64,000 bases of DNA from Eledone cirrhosa (lineage: Eukaryota). The stretch is taken from positions 20,460,001 through 20,524,000 of the forward strand of contig OZ024757.1 of the NCBI GenBank assembly GCA_964016885.1. Reading direction: 5' to 3'. A model generated the notes under the pieces. That model did not search any database and was not told the origin of the DNA. It saw only the letters and a program-made list of their open reading frames with translations. The translations under genes and the position numbers were made by a program. Shown in pieces: positions 13,626 to 27,080 of this stretch (position 1 is the first letter of the stretch; each line of letters opens with the position of its first letter).

Positions 13626-14973
13626 GTCAGTATCCCTGCTTGAGTACTGACCCCAGTCTTTGAAGACCGAGTCAGTATCCCTGCTTGAGCACTGACCCCG
13701 GTCTTTGAAGACCGGGGTCAGTATCCCTGCTTGAGTACTGACCCCGGTCTTTGAAGACCGAGTCAGTATCCCTGCTTGAGTACTGACCCCGGTCTTTGAA
13801 GACCGAGTCAGTATCCCTGCTTGAGCACTGACCCCAGTCTTTGAAGACCGAGTCAGTATCCCTGCTTGAGTACTGACCCCAGGCTTTGAAGACCGAGTCA
13901 GTATCCCTGTTTAAGTACTGACCCCGGTCTTTGAAGACCGAGTCAGTATCCCTGCTTGAGTACTGACCCCGGTCTTTGAAGACCGAGTCAGTATCTCTGC
14001 TTGAGTACTGACCCCAGTCTTTGAAGACCGAGTCAGTATCCCTGCTTGAGCACTGACCCCGGTCTTTGAAGACCGAGTCAGTATCTCTGCTTGAGTACTG
14101 ACCCCGGTCTTTGAAGACCGAGTCAGTATCCCTGCTTGAGCACTGACCCCGGTCTTTGAAGACCGAGTCAGTATCCCTGCTTGAGCACTGACCCCGGTCT
14201 TTGAAGACCGAGTCAGTATCCCTGCTTGAGTACTGACCCCGGTCTTTGAAGACCGAGTCAGTATCCCTGCTTGAGCACTGACCCCGGTCTTTGAAGACCG
14301 AGTCAGTATCCCTGCTTGAGTACTGACCCCGGTCTTTGAAGACCGAGTCAGTATCCCTGCTTGAGTACTGACCCCGGTCTTTGAAGACCGAGTCAGTATC
14401 CCTGCTTGAGCACTGACCCCGGTCTTTGAAGACCGAGTCAGTATCCCTGCTTGAGTACTGACCCCGGTCTTTGAAGACCGAGTCAGTATCTCTGCTTGAG
14501 TACTGACCCCGGTCTTTGAAGACCGAGTCAGTATCCCTGCTTGAGCACTGACCCCGGTCTTTGAAGACCGAGTCAGTATCCCTGCTTGAGCACTGACCCC
14601 AGGCTTTGAAGACCGAGTCAGTATCCCTGCTTGAGCACTGACCCCAGTCTTTGAAGACGGAGTCAGTATCCCTGCTTGAGCACTGACCCCAGTCTTTGAA
14701 GACCGAGTCAGTATCCCTGCTTGAGCACTGACCCCAGTCTTTGAAGACCGAGTCAGTATCCCTGCTTGAGCACTGACCCCAGTCTTTGAAGACCGAGTCA
14801 GTATCCCTGCTTGAGCACTGACCCCAGTCTTTGAAGACCGAGTCAGTATCCCTGCTTGAGTACTGACCCCGGTCTTTGAAGACCGAGTCAGTATCTCTGC
14901 TTGACCACTGACCCCGGTCTTTGAAGACCGAGTCAGTATCTCTGCTTGAGTACTGACCCCGGTCTTTGAAGAC
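13626..14973. repeat. 45-bp x about 30 homogeneous tandem array inside an element with an RTE-type tail
   Basis: Unit gtcagtatccctgcttgagtactgaccccggtctttgaagaccga, followed by ccaacccttgctagcatggaaaa..(tga)n; monomeric relatives at about 15090-15215 and 58640-58760(-). Confidence 0.95.
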
Positions 14974-15434
14974 CAATCCAACCCTTGCTAGCATGGAAAA
15001 AAAAACTTTAAAAGATAATGATGATGATGATGATGATGAGATGGATGGATGTAGAGAAAGATAGGGACATCTAGCCTAGCTAGAGAGTGGGTAAGCAAGA
15101 TGCTGGCCTCCAACCTGTTTGAGTGGTTGGTAGCCACACTTAAGTATTGACATGGTCTTTGAAAACCCACCCAACCTTTGCTAACAGGGAAAAGGAACGT
15201 TGAAAGATGATGATGATAATAATTGTTTCTACTTATGGCACAAGGCCAGCAATTACCCAGTGCATCACTGGTACTTTATTTTTTATCGACCCCCCCCCCC
15301 CCCCTCCTCTGTAAGGCTGAATGAAAGGCAAAGTTAACCTCGGCGGGATTTGAACTCAGAATGGCAAGGGCCGTAACTCTATGCGTCAAGGCATGGCGTC
15401 CGACCCTCTACCGATTCTGCCAATCCACCGCCCT

Positions 15435-15480
<46 letters not shown>

Positions 15481-17591
15481 TACATGGTTGGATGGACAGA
15501 TAGATAGAGACCCTATGCTAGCAGGGAAAACAAATGTTGAAAGATAATGATGATGGTGATGATGATGATGGTGATGGTGATGATACACGATAGACAGATG
15601 GATGGATGGATGGACAGATAGAGTGATATAGCTAGCTAGCTAAATTGGTAGATCTACAAAATGGATAAAATATGATAGAAAGTTAATATTCAGTTGCTCT
15701 TTTTAAACATAATATATTCTATCCAATGGATTATCGGCTAAATGGATGCTATCAGCTAGTGTAATATTTCCTACTTTTGCAGTCATATATGACGCATGAA
15801 GGGTGATATTAGTGTGTCAATATTACTAAGTTCAGTGTGAGGGTGGTGGTGGATTTCTAGCATTGGGTAAATTGCTTCGTGGTTTTTGTTCTTGGTCTTT
15901 TACATTCTGTGCGCAAATCCCACTAAGGTCAATTGTGCTTTTCATCCTTCTTGTAAGGTCAATAAAATAAAGCACTAGTAAAATACTGGAGCAAATATAA
16001 TCAATTTTCCCCCTTCCTCACAATTTACAGACCTTCAGGAGAGCATCAGACAACATGCTTTGTTGTCCTTTATGTTCTGAGTTCAAATCCCACCAAGGTA
16101 AACTTTGCCTCTCATCCTTCTGGAGCCAAAAAATAAAGTATCATTAACATACTTGGGTCAATATAACTGACTTTCCCTTTCTTCCACAATTTACAGGCCT
16201 TCAGTAGAGAATTGGATAACATGCTTTGCAGACTAGTTATGGACCTTTGCATTCTCTGACTTCAAATTCTGTTGAGGTTAGCTTTGCCTTTCAACATGAT
16301 GGGGGGATTGAGAGAATAAAGTATCAGTAAAATACTGGGAAAATTGTTGGCCATGTGTCTAGATTAGAAATCATTAATCCCACCGAGGTTAACTTTGCCT
16401 TTCATCCTTACGGGGTCGATAAAATAAAATACCAGTAAACATGGCAGTGGTGGTGATGGGAAAGCTGGTGGTGTTGATAGTGTTTTTGGTGGTAGTAGTA
16501 ATAGTAGTAGTCGTATTTATGGTGGTGAGGATGGCAGAACTTCCACCTACCATTCAAAGTAATTTGCTGGCCTTGTACGTGAATTAGAAACCAATCCCGC
16601 CGAGGTTAACTTTGCCTTTCATCCTTACGGGGTCGATAAAATAAAGTACCAGTAATGTCCTGGGGTTTTTGCTGGCCTTGTGCCTAAAGTAGAAACAATT
16701 ATTATTCACTGTATTTGAGGGCGGTGGATTGGCAGTATTGGTAGGGGGTCGGACGCCATGCTTTGAAGCATAGAGTTACCTCCCTTTACGATCTGAGTTC
16801 AAATCCCGTCGAGGTTAAACTTTGCCTTTCATCCTTACGTGGTCGATAAAATAAAGTACCAGCAATACACTGGGATAATTGCTGGCCTTGTGCCAAAAGT
16901 AGAAACAATTATTATTCAGTGTATAAAGGCAAGCCTTGTTACACACTTTGTCATGCTGAATCTCCCTGAGAATTATATTAAAGATACATGTGGCCATGGA
17001 ATACTCAGTTACTTACAAGATAATTTAAAGAGTAGATCAATCCATTGACCAAACAACTGGAGCACGTATTCGTAGAAACTAATGGAGACTCATCCACTTA
17101 TTTGCAAATGCAGTGTTGGCTAAAATCTATAGATTTATTTAAACCTCTAGCATTCACATTAATCTATATATAGTATTATATTTTCATGGTAAAGACTTTA
17201 CCTCACATAATATTGAATCTATGAGATTTTGAAAGTATTTATTTTGAGAACAATACCTTAACATCAGTTTGAGCGACCAGTTACAGCCAGTTTCAACAGA
17301 AAGCGGTAGAGAATTATGGCAGGTTTTGGCTGGTTTGAACACTAAAGGGTTAAAATCCAATCCATAGCCTTCTCCCTCCTGTTAGAGGAACCCCTCCTTG
17401 CTTGACCTCCACAGCTTTCTGTTTGGTTTTGGTCATGTCAGGGGCGTAGCTGTATGCACCATACTTGGCCAATTGAGGGGCCATTTGAGAGTTGATGAAA
17501 CTATTTAACCCATAGTTGGGGTTGATGGCCGTTGACTCTGGAGTATTCACTGGCCGTTTCAACAGCCCTTGTTTTTTGTGTTGCTGTGGTT

Positions 17592-18314
17592 CCACTCGAC
17601 CATCAAGTAGGTTCTACTGGGTTACATGGTACCAGTAACAGGCAGAAGCCTGCCCTAACTAGACCAGGGTCAGGTTGGTGAGCTGGTTTATAGTCACTGA
17701 CCACTCGACCATGAAGTAGGTTCTACTGGGTTACATGGTACCAGTAACAGGCAGAAGCCTGCCCTAACTAGACCAGGGTCAGGTTGGTGAGCTGGTTTAT
17801 AGTCACTGACCACTCGACCATCAAGTAGATTCTACTGGGTTACATGGTACCAGTAATAGGCAGAAGTCTGCCCTAACTAGACCAGGGTCAGGTTGGTGAG
17901 CTGGTTTATAGTCACTGACCACTCGACCATGAAGTAGGTTCTACTGGGTTACATGGTACCAGTAACAGGCAGAAGCCTGCCCTAACTAGACCAGGGTCAG
18001 GTTGGTGAACTGGTTTATAGTCACTGACCACTCGACCATGAAGTAGGTTCTACTGGGTTACATGGTACCAGTAACAGGCAGAAGCCTGCCCTAAGTAGAC
18101 CAGGGTCAGGTTGGTGAGCTGGTTTATAGTCACTGACCACTCGACCATCAAGCAGGTTCTACTGGGTTACATGGTACCAGTAACAGGCAGAAGCCTGCCC
18201 TAACTAGACCAGGGTCAGGTTGGTGAGCTGGTTTATAGTCACTGACCACTCGACCATCAAGTAGGTTCTACTGGGTTACATGGTACCAGTAACAGGCAGA
18301 AGCCTGCCCTAACT
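17592..18314. repeat. 109-bp x6.6 near-perfect tandem array
   Basis: Unit starts at 17592, 17701, 17810 and onward: ccactcgaccatcaagtaggttctactggg.. Confidence 0.95.
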
Positions 18315-18886
18315 AATGATTTATTTTAAAGTACATTGTTATATAGCATCAAAAGACATAAAAAAAACTGTGCTAAAACATCAGCAATTTATTAAAAGAC
18401 TAAAAACATTCCAAATATTTTCAATGAAAATTGATATTAAATAATTATAGGTACCAATTAGACATCCGTACTTGGTTCTGGTTCTCTTTTTTGTCTTAAA
18501 TTGAGACTTATAATATCTCAAGTTGAGACTTATGTCTAATGAATATCATTTTATGATGAACATTTTTCTGCATTTTTCTCTTTCTCGTTCATAATTCAAA
18601 AAAAGAATATAATACTGAAATGGACCCCCACCCATCCCACAAAAAAACAAAAAAAAAACAAACCCATTTAACAAGCATGATGTTGGTAGATGGTGCTAGT
18701 GTAAAAGAAGATATATTAGCCAGCTGTCAAAGAAGGGGTGTGTGTGTGTGTGTGGGAGGGGGGCAGAGGAATATTTATGTTATAGATATTTGAAACTGTT
18801 TATTTTGAAAAGAGTGTGGAATAAGATACCTTTTCACTTTATTGAATGAAAAGTGGAAAAAAGGAATAAATATAATGTTTAGGGAG

Positions 18887-18917
<31 letters not shown>

Positions 18918-19137
18918 CAGTACATGTATATATAATGGCTGCCCCCCTCGTTATTGAGTATGGCCATTGCATGATATACCATTATTAATAATTATTAATT
19001 AATTCTATTGTGCAATGCCTGTTGCATGAAGATATTTTTTAAAGTGAGGAAAGACTGTGCACTGAGCCAATCCCACTCTCTGAGCGACAGTAGCTGTAAC
19101 CCGAAAAGAAGAAAAGATCAACATCATCGATAACTAC

Positions 19138-19168
<31 letters not shown>

Positions 19169-19184
19169 CGAACACACACATATA

Positions 19185-19220
<36 letters not shown>

Positions 19221-19249
19221 AATATATACATACCTATATACACATATAT

Positions 19250-19462
19250 ACATGCTCACCGACATCCAGAGTTGACATTGCACTCAGTGCTCCTTTGGGA
19301 GCCCCTACATGGACACACTAGAAGAGGAAGACTAAGGTTAACATATGTTGATGCCCTAAGGACAGACACTGGTCTGTTGGAGATGCAGGATATGGCAGCG
19401 ATAATGAGGGACAGAGACCGCTGGAGAGAACTCGTCCATGGATCTCGGGAATTTTACCCGCC
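19250..19462 (+). mobile_element. LINE ORF2 C-terminal fragment; longer copy at 52695-53068, related fragment at 24276-24610(-)
   Basis: HPELTLHSVLLWEP..GRPRLTYVDAL..DRDRWR; RRLRLAGHVHR in the second copy. Confidence 0.8.
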
Positions 19463-19759
19463 TTATATAGATAGATATATTTCTTTATTAGCCACAGGGG
19501 CACAAAAGAAGGGGACAAATACAAAGGGGGAAGTTTACATACAATAAAAACGTGTAAAAAGATAGATAGATACATAATCATTTTCAAAAGAATAGAATTG
19601 CACTGAATGTTGCGACGTGGAACATTAGAACATTTCTTGACAAGGAACCATCGACTGCTATTGCTGGCAGAGAATTGAGCAGGTATAATATTGATATGGC
19701 TACACTCTCTGAAACCCATCTTAGTGGGGAAGGTCATCTATCCGAGAGAGGTGCCGGCT

Positions 19760-20190
19760 ATACATTCTTCTGGAAAGGGAAAACAAATGGGGAGAAAAAG
19801 GAATGGAGGAGTAGGTTTCGCTGTCCGGACAAAGAAAACTAAACGACTGGAGCAACCACAAGGCATTAAGTGATCATACATGCACCTAAGAGTTCCCTTT
19901 TCAAGGGTACGTTTCATGACTATCATCTCCATCTATTCCCCTACCCCGGATAGTAGCCAAGAATCAATCATGGCTTTTTACCAAGATTTACGAATGTGTA
20001 TAACATCAATTCCACATTCGGATAAGATCTTGCTTCTTGGGGATTTTAATGCACGTGTGGGAAAGAACGACTTCATCTGGAATGTTTTAGGATGTCACAG
20101 TATGAGCAAGATGGATGCCAATGATCTTCTCCTTTTGTAATTATGCAATGAGTTTATGCAATACATTTTTTTCAGCAAAAGGAGATCCAC
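19760..20190 (+). mobile_element. LINE apurinic-type endonuclease fragment (RTE-like), decayed
   Basis: GVGFAV, ISIYSPT and LLGDFNARVG motifs, with stops and frameshifts. Confidence 0.85.
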
Positions 20191-20199
20191 AAAGGGCTA

Positions 20200-20510
20200 T
20201 GGGCGAACATTTGCTGTTGCGTATAGGACGGATCCGGTTATCAACTGAGTCTATTGTGCACATAGCCCCGCCGTCCTCCTTTAAGGAGGAGGAAGAGCAG
20301 GGAGTCTTCATCTGCCTGGCGGCCATAGCGAAAGAGATTGTATAGTGGACAAGGTTGAAACGATTGAAGACGGACACTTTCCTCTTCAGCGAGTCCCTGA
20401 TTAACTTTTTCAAATTTCACTTGAAGAGGAAAATTAGGGTGGAGAGGCAAGTGCTGTCTTCTAGTAAGTTTGTTGTTGAACGGTGGGTGAAATTGGTGAA
20501 TCTGAACGGG
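20200..20510 (+). mobile_element. Probable Tx1/L1-like LINE ORF2 C-terminal fragment
   Basis: FICLAAIAKEIV..R....SESLINFFKFHLKRKIRVER..FVVERW pattern; similar 3' ends (..ccttgtggc.aataaagaaata) at about 19480-19530(-) and 28700-29020(+). Confidence 0.5.
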
Positions 20511-20678
20511 CCCGCCAGTTACAGCCAGTTTCAACAGAAAGAGGTGAGGGAATTCTGGCTGGTTTGAACATTAAAGGGTTAATACAACTTTTGTTTCAAA
20601 ACAAAATTGTTCTCTAAATTAAAAATTATTCCTGACTTATTCAGCTATGGCCTTTAAAGTGTTATGTATATTTTTTGT

Positions 20679-20748
<70 letters not shown>

Positions 20749-21899
20749 AATCACAATCTTTATTTTCAATTTCCTTGTTTGGCTTTAGTTAATTAACAGG
20801 AAAACTCATTTAGACCCTACCCCTGCCACCCACTACTACCACCACCTCACATTCATACAGAAATAGCTAGATTCTGTATGAGAGTTTGCATTATTGGTTT
20901 CTAAGATTAGACTTGGTTACTATTGCAATAACCATTCAGGGTGTGTGTGTGTGTGTGTGTGTATTGGGATTTGAAACCGCGCGGTAAAGGTACATATAGT
21001 AAGTAGAGCGAACTTTTAAAGTTTTTATGTTATGTCTGTTCTTCCACGCTAGCATGGGCTAGACGGGTTGCCCTGTTGTCGGCAGTGTCCGGTCGGCTGA
21101 CCTTGTCTTCCGATATACGGGAACTGATTCTGGCTTGATTTCTACAGATGGATGCCCTTCCCAACACCAACCTCATTTACAGTGAGTGCTGGGTGCTTTT
21201 TTGCCGTGGCACCTCCACGACCACTTTGCAGTGGAATGATAGGGACTCCAGTCCCTATCATCTCATTTCTACAGCTGAGTAAACTGGAGCAATGTGAAAT
21301 AAAGTGTCTTGCTCAAGGAAACAACTCATCACCCGGTCTGAAAATTGAACTCACAACCTTTCGATTGCAAGCCCAATGCTCTAACCACTAAGCCATGCGC
21401 CTTAATGATATATATATATATTTGTATGTAGTTGATGACTCAGAGAAAAGAGTACTCAATACCGAAGTAGAGTTTAAATATACATTTTATTAAGGCTAAA
21501 TAGTAAGTCTTGTTACTCTGGATTTTCACCTGCTTCTCACAGGGTCATCTGACAAATGTTCTTGTTTGGTGACCCTGTGAGAAGCAGGAGGAACTCGAGG
21601 AACAGGGAGTGTAATGCGAAGTTACTGTAGGTTCACCCATGTGAGCACTTGATGTTTAGATTCAGGTCAGTATCTACTACCACAGAGGTCCGACGAGCTT
21701 TTGATTCCAGAGTCAGGCCAGACCGATACAGATCTAACCTTGAGCTGATCAGTAGCGAAACACGTGTCACCAACCAATAAACATAATGAAGGAGTAACCA
21801 TTCTTCCTTGTATTATTATTATTATAATGTATGTATGTATGTATGTATGTATGTATGTATGTATGTATGTATGTACACACAAGAGATGTCAACATGAAT

Positions 21900-22352
21900 G
21901 GACGTCTTTACCGTGTTGCCTACACGGTCACATTACAGCGTGGACTGTGTGTTTTTTTTTTGTCGTGACACCTACACGATCTCATTTGTTATGAGATTTG
22001 CCTGGATATTGTGGCACCAACATAACTTTACATTGAAAGGGGCGGTGTGGGTGGGGTCGGGGTGGTAGGACGGGGGTGTATTTTGTTAGAGATGCCTACT
22101 GACTGTAGTAGGTTTTACTTTGTATTTAAGTAACGCGGGTCTTCTCTATTACTGAGTACCGCCAAAGCTCTCGGTCCAGTGACATTGTCTTGGAGAGGTG
22201 TAAGTGTGTGAGGTCGGAATTTATCAGCTCGTCCCAGGTTTTTCTGGGTCTGCCTACTCCGTGGCTACCGTCTATCTTTATTGCCCTGCACTTTGTTATA
22301 CAGCTGTCGTCTTTCATGCGCATCACGTGACCATACCAACGTAGCCTTCTCT
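21900..22352 (-). mobile_element. RTE LINE 3' end with long 3' UTR; copies at 39183-39870(+), 40325-40935(-) and 51445-52010(+)
   Basis: LRWYGHVMRMKDDSCI..GRPRKTWDELI followed by a UTR shared with the SINE tails. Confidence 0.85.
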
Positions 22353-23624
22353 CGATATATATATATATATATATACATATATTTGGAGGGATTTATTAAT
22401 ATAACTAAGTTTCTCATTATTAAGCTGGTGTTTGGAGCATAATTTAACAAAGGTTCTTACATAAAATCATGATGGAAGGTTTTTAGATAAATATAGGACC
22501 TGTCCACCCTTGCAAGCAGGGAAAAGTGGACGTATGATGATGATGATAAACACTTTAAAACAAACAGCGTGGCATTAGAGAACCAGGAGCAATCCCAGGC
22601 AGTTTGGTTTAAAAAGAATTAAGATAATTGTTTCTACTTTTGGCACAAGGCCAGCAAATACCCAGTACATTACTGGTACTTTATTTTATCAACCCCGTAA
22701 GGATGAAAGGCAGAGTTAAGATAATATAGTGTAATTTCAGGGAAACTTGACTGCTACTTCTATAAACAAAATAAATATTCTTATGGAACAGGGGTTTATG
22801 AATTTATGTTCAGATAAATTAAGATACAGATCTATCTATGAAGACTTGTCCAACACTCACTAGCAATGAAAATGGCTGTTAAATGATGACGATGATAATG
22901 ATGATGATAATGATGATGATTAAAATTTAAACTTATTGGTCCAGTAGGCAATTTATAATAATAATTGTTCTGCGTCACAAAACTATCGATCAATGTGTGA
23001 ATTCAATCAACAGATATTTTTACATGTAGCTAACATTAAAGACAATTCATAAAAAGTTACATATCTCTCTTGCTACAAAAAAAAATAAAATAAATAAAAT
23101 GAATAAATAAAATATAATAAAAATAGTATAAAAATCAATAGATATGATCCAAAATTTGATACCCATGCAACACCATCAATCAATCAAACAAAAAAAGAAA
23201 AAAGGGAAAAAAAAAAAGCTTTGTTAATTTTCATAATGAACATTGGTTTCTAATTTAAGCACAAGATCAGCAATTATTTTAGGGGTGCGGAAAGTTCAGG
23301 CAAGTGATCCCAATACTTAACTGGTACTTTGATTTATCAACCACAAAAAGCACCCAGTCCACACTGTAAAGTGGTCGTTTTGGTGCCACGACAAAAAGCA
23401 TCCAATTCACACTGTAAAATGGTTGTGTGGGTGACACGACAAAAAGAACCCAATCTACGGTATAAGATGGTTGTTTTGGTGCCACGATAAAAGGTACCTA
23501 GTCCACACTATAAAGTGGGGATTTCAGTGCCCAAAAGCACCCAGTCCAAACTGTAAATGTGGTTGGTGTTAAGGAAGGGCATCCAGCCATAGAGACCAAG
23601 CCAGAAACAGTTTTGACGGTGACC

Positions 23625-24150
23625 AGTGCAAAGAGGCAGTGTGTCCAGGCAAGCCCCAGTATTTCTTTACCTTCCTTTCCTCTGCATTTCAGACCACAGT
23701 ATTGGGTTTGTGGCTAAAGCGACTAAGATGGAGGCAGAGAATGTGTCACATGTGACATCCCAGATGAGGGATTTATCTCCTTTGAATGGGAAGAGGTTAA
23801 TTCCATTGGGGTTGCTTGCCTTCTCCGCAATGAAGGCCTGCTGGTTCCAGTTATGATGGGAAGCCAACTGCGTCCAGTCTCCTTCTCAATATGTCGTTGA
23901 GGGCAGCATGTCAGCAGTGGGGGGGGGGGGACCAGCCGCCGCTCTGGGTGCAGGGCAAAGTTGTCATTAACAGCCCCTCACAGCAGCATTTATGTGACTC
24001 ATACATAAAGAGGCTGAGGCATTGAGCCACTCTGTTGCGAGTGCACTCATCATCAAGAAAGGTACGTACCAGTTGATGAGGAGGGCAGATCGAAGGCAGG
24101 CGAGGCAGTATTGGTCCAAGCCAGACCCAATCCAGCTGAAGGAAGACCTG
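23625..24150 (-). mobile_element. Decayed CRE-like non-LTR retrotransposon, restriction-like endonuclease region
   Basis: HAALNDILRR and PNGINLFPFKGDKSLIWDVTCDTFSAS resemble the RH..ND and PDG..P...G..L.WD.T..DT motifs. Confidence 0.65.
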
Positions 24151-25099
24151 CATCTTATGTCATTCCAGTGATTCCAGTGATCCCAGTAATTAACTGGTAC
24201 ATTAATTGATCAACTCCAGAAGGGTGAAAGGTGAAGTTGACCTTGGCTGGATTTGAACTTAGAATATCATCATCATCATTCGTCGACTACTGTCGAGATG
24301 ATGGATCTCACTCTCATGCCCCAGAATCCCCTGTCCCCCATCGCTGCCCCCAGGTCCTGTCTACCGATTCCCGTATCCCTAGAGATAACGTCAGGGAATG
24401 ACAGCTTCCTACTCCTAGTCAGGCTGGAGTCAGGGTTCCAGAGCAAGAGAGCGGATATGATTTCATTGCTGGCACGGTGACAGTGGCCAGCAAATTGAGC
24501 TCTCCGGGATTTTAGAAGGGCAGAGGCTCGAGGGAGTTTGCCATAGATTTTAGACAAGGTGGGATGTCGTTTCCAGGATAGGTTTTGCACTCTCATTAAG
24601 AGGCGGGTATATAAAGAACCCCAACAAATAGAAGTCCTCTTGCTCAGCCAATCCACAAAATGAAAAGGGATTCTCTTTTTGGTATTGCAAATATCGAAGC
24701 TTTATGATATTTTTCAAGAGGTTGGGGGCAAGGGGTCCTAAATTAAAATAAAAATGAAGTTTAAAATAACACAAAATAATAAAAAAAATCTAAATCGATA
24801 TAATATTTTGAATTTTGATTTTGAAAATGACATTTACCGCACAGTTTTAATTTAATTAATAAAAATAACAGTGAAATAATAAATAAATATATATAAATAA
24901 TATATATATATAATAAATAAATAAATATGTATCCATAATCAGCTAATATTTGAATTTTTATCTTTCTATATTTATTTATATATTTTTTTATATTTAAAGT
25001 TCAATATTGTAATTCAAATTGATTATTGAATAATTTAACTGCCTGGTAGATTGAGGAGGGGGAGTAAGAGGAGAATAGAGTGAGAAAAAGGTGTGGATG

Positions 25100-26055
25100 T
25101 TGTGGGGGTGAGGCTGGGATTATTGGGAGTGTGTGTAGGGAGGGATGTTGTGGGTGTGGGAAGGGATGTTGTGGGTGAGGGTGTAGGATTGTTGTGGGTG
25201 TGGGTGTAGTATTGTTGTGGGTGTGGGAAGGGATTTTGTGGGTGAGGGTGTAGGATTGTTGTGGGTGTGGGAAGGGATTTTGTGGCTGTGTGAAGGGATG
25301 TTGTGGGTGTGGGATGTGGGAAGGGATGTAGTGGGTGTTGGAAGGGCTGTGTGTGTGGGAAGAGATGTGTTTGTGGGAGCGATGTTGTGGGTGTTGGAAA
25401 GGATGGTGTGGATGTGGGAAGACATGGTGTGTGTGGGAAGACATGGTGTGGGTGTGGGAGCGATATTGTGGGTGTGGGAAGGGATGTTGTGGGTGTGGGA
25501 AGGGATGTTGTGTGTGGGAAGACGGTGTGGGTGTTGGAAGGGATGGTGTGGGTGTAGGATTGATGTGGGTGTCGGAGGGATGTTGTGGGTGAGGGTGTAG
25601 GATTGTTGTGGGTGTGGGAAGGGATTTTGTGGCTGTGTGAAGGGATGTTGTGGATGTGGGGTGTGGGATGTGGGAAGGGATGTGTTTGTGGGAGCGATGT
25701 TGTGGGTGTTGGAAAGGATGGTGTGGGTGTGGGAAGGGATGTGTTTGTGGGAGCGATGTTGTGGGTGTTGGAAAGGATGGTGTGGGATGTGGGAAGGGAT
25801 GTGTTTGTGGGAGCGATGTTGTGGGTGTTGGAAGGGATGGTGTGGGTGTAGGAAGACGTTGTGGGTGTTGGAAGGGATGGTGTGGGTGTGGGAAGACGTT
25901 GTGGGTGTTGGAAGGGATGGTGTGAGTGTGGGAAGGGATGTTGTGGGTGTGGGAGCGATGGTGTGGGTGTGGGAAGGGATGTTGTGGGTGGGAAGACGTT
26001 GTGGGTGTGGGAAGGGATGGTATGGGTGTGGGAAGGGATGTAGTGTGTGGGAGTG
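25100..26055. repeat. G-rich degenerate minisatellite (gtgtgggaagggatgtt)
   Basis: Direct inspection; explains the overlapping PTH/GVW-rich ORFs. Confidence 0.9.
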
Positions 26056-26794
26056 AATTGCTTACTCTAACAAACATGCAATATATCTTTACTATATTCA
26101 CACAATGATTGTGTTCAAAGTTGATTGATTCATTGATTGCTACTAACCAATAGTTTCCTGTATGTTCAATCAAGTCATCTAACTTAACACTAAACTAATT
26201 AATCAGAAATGTCTATGTGGTTAATAAATTCACTTCACAACCATATGGCTAAGGACTTAGTTGCACAGAATGGTGTCTTTGGGAAGTATGCTGCACCATA
26301 GCCTTAGGTTGACCTATGATGCCTTCATCATCATCATCATTTTACGTCCGCTTTTCCCTGCTTGCAAGGGTGGGACGGGAACTGATTCTGGCTTGATCTC
26401 TACAGCTGGATGCCCTTCCTAACACCAACCTCCTTTACAGTGTGGGCTGGGTGCTTTTTGGCCATGGCACCTCCACGACCTCTTTGCAGTGGAATGATAG
26501 GGACCCCAGTCCCTATCATCTCATTTCTACAGCTGAGTAAACTGGAGCAATGTGAAATAAAGTGTCTTGCTCAAGGAAACAACACATCACCCGGTTTGAG
26601 AATTGAACTCACAACCTTTCGATTGCAATGCCAATGCTCAAACCACTAAGCCATGTGCCTTATGAGTGAAATTTGGCAGACAGAAGGTGTGCAGAAGCCC
26701 ATCATCACCATCATTGATTTAACATCCGTTTTTCCATGCTTGCATGGATCCTTTTCAGCACAGCATCTCTCCACTTGTTGCATTCCTTCGTTAT

Positions 26795-27080
26795 CGCCTC
26801 CATGACTTTCGGAAACATTTTTACACGCTCAGAGTTGCTGAAGCATGGAACAAACTACCTGCATCAGTTGTTAGCTGTCGAGACACTGCATCCTTTAAGG
26901 CCTCCATGCTTCCCGAGATTCAGCAACACTACACCTAATGTTCCTCCTCCATACACATACACACATGTATATCATGACTCATACACTATTCACTTCTGAC
27001 ATTTGTGTATTATTCTATGTACTATACATGCACCTTTGACAAGTTGTAGTGCACTTGAGCACTTTACACAATAATTTCAT
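26795..27080 (+). mobile_element. CR1/L2-like LINE 3' end; another copy at about 37880-38265(-)
   Basis: HDFRKHFYTLRVAEAWNKLPASVVS..TASFK (F..RV...WN.LP motif) with 3' UTR. Confidence 0.8.

Noticed and set aside
13626-14973. CRISPR-like array or a real 440-aa repeat protein
   Set aside because: Units are contiguous with no unique spacers, there are no cas genes, and the context is eukaryotic. The ORF results from a stop-free 45-bp unit and starts in an RTE-type tail.
25001-26173. 390-aa Pro/Thr/His mucin-like ORF
   Set aside because: Coincides with a G-rich minisatellite; no signal peptide or splice context
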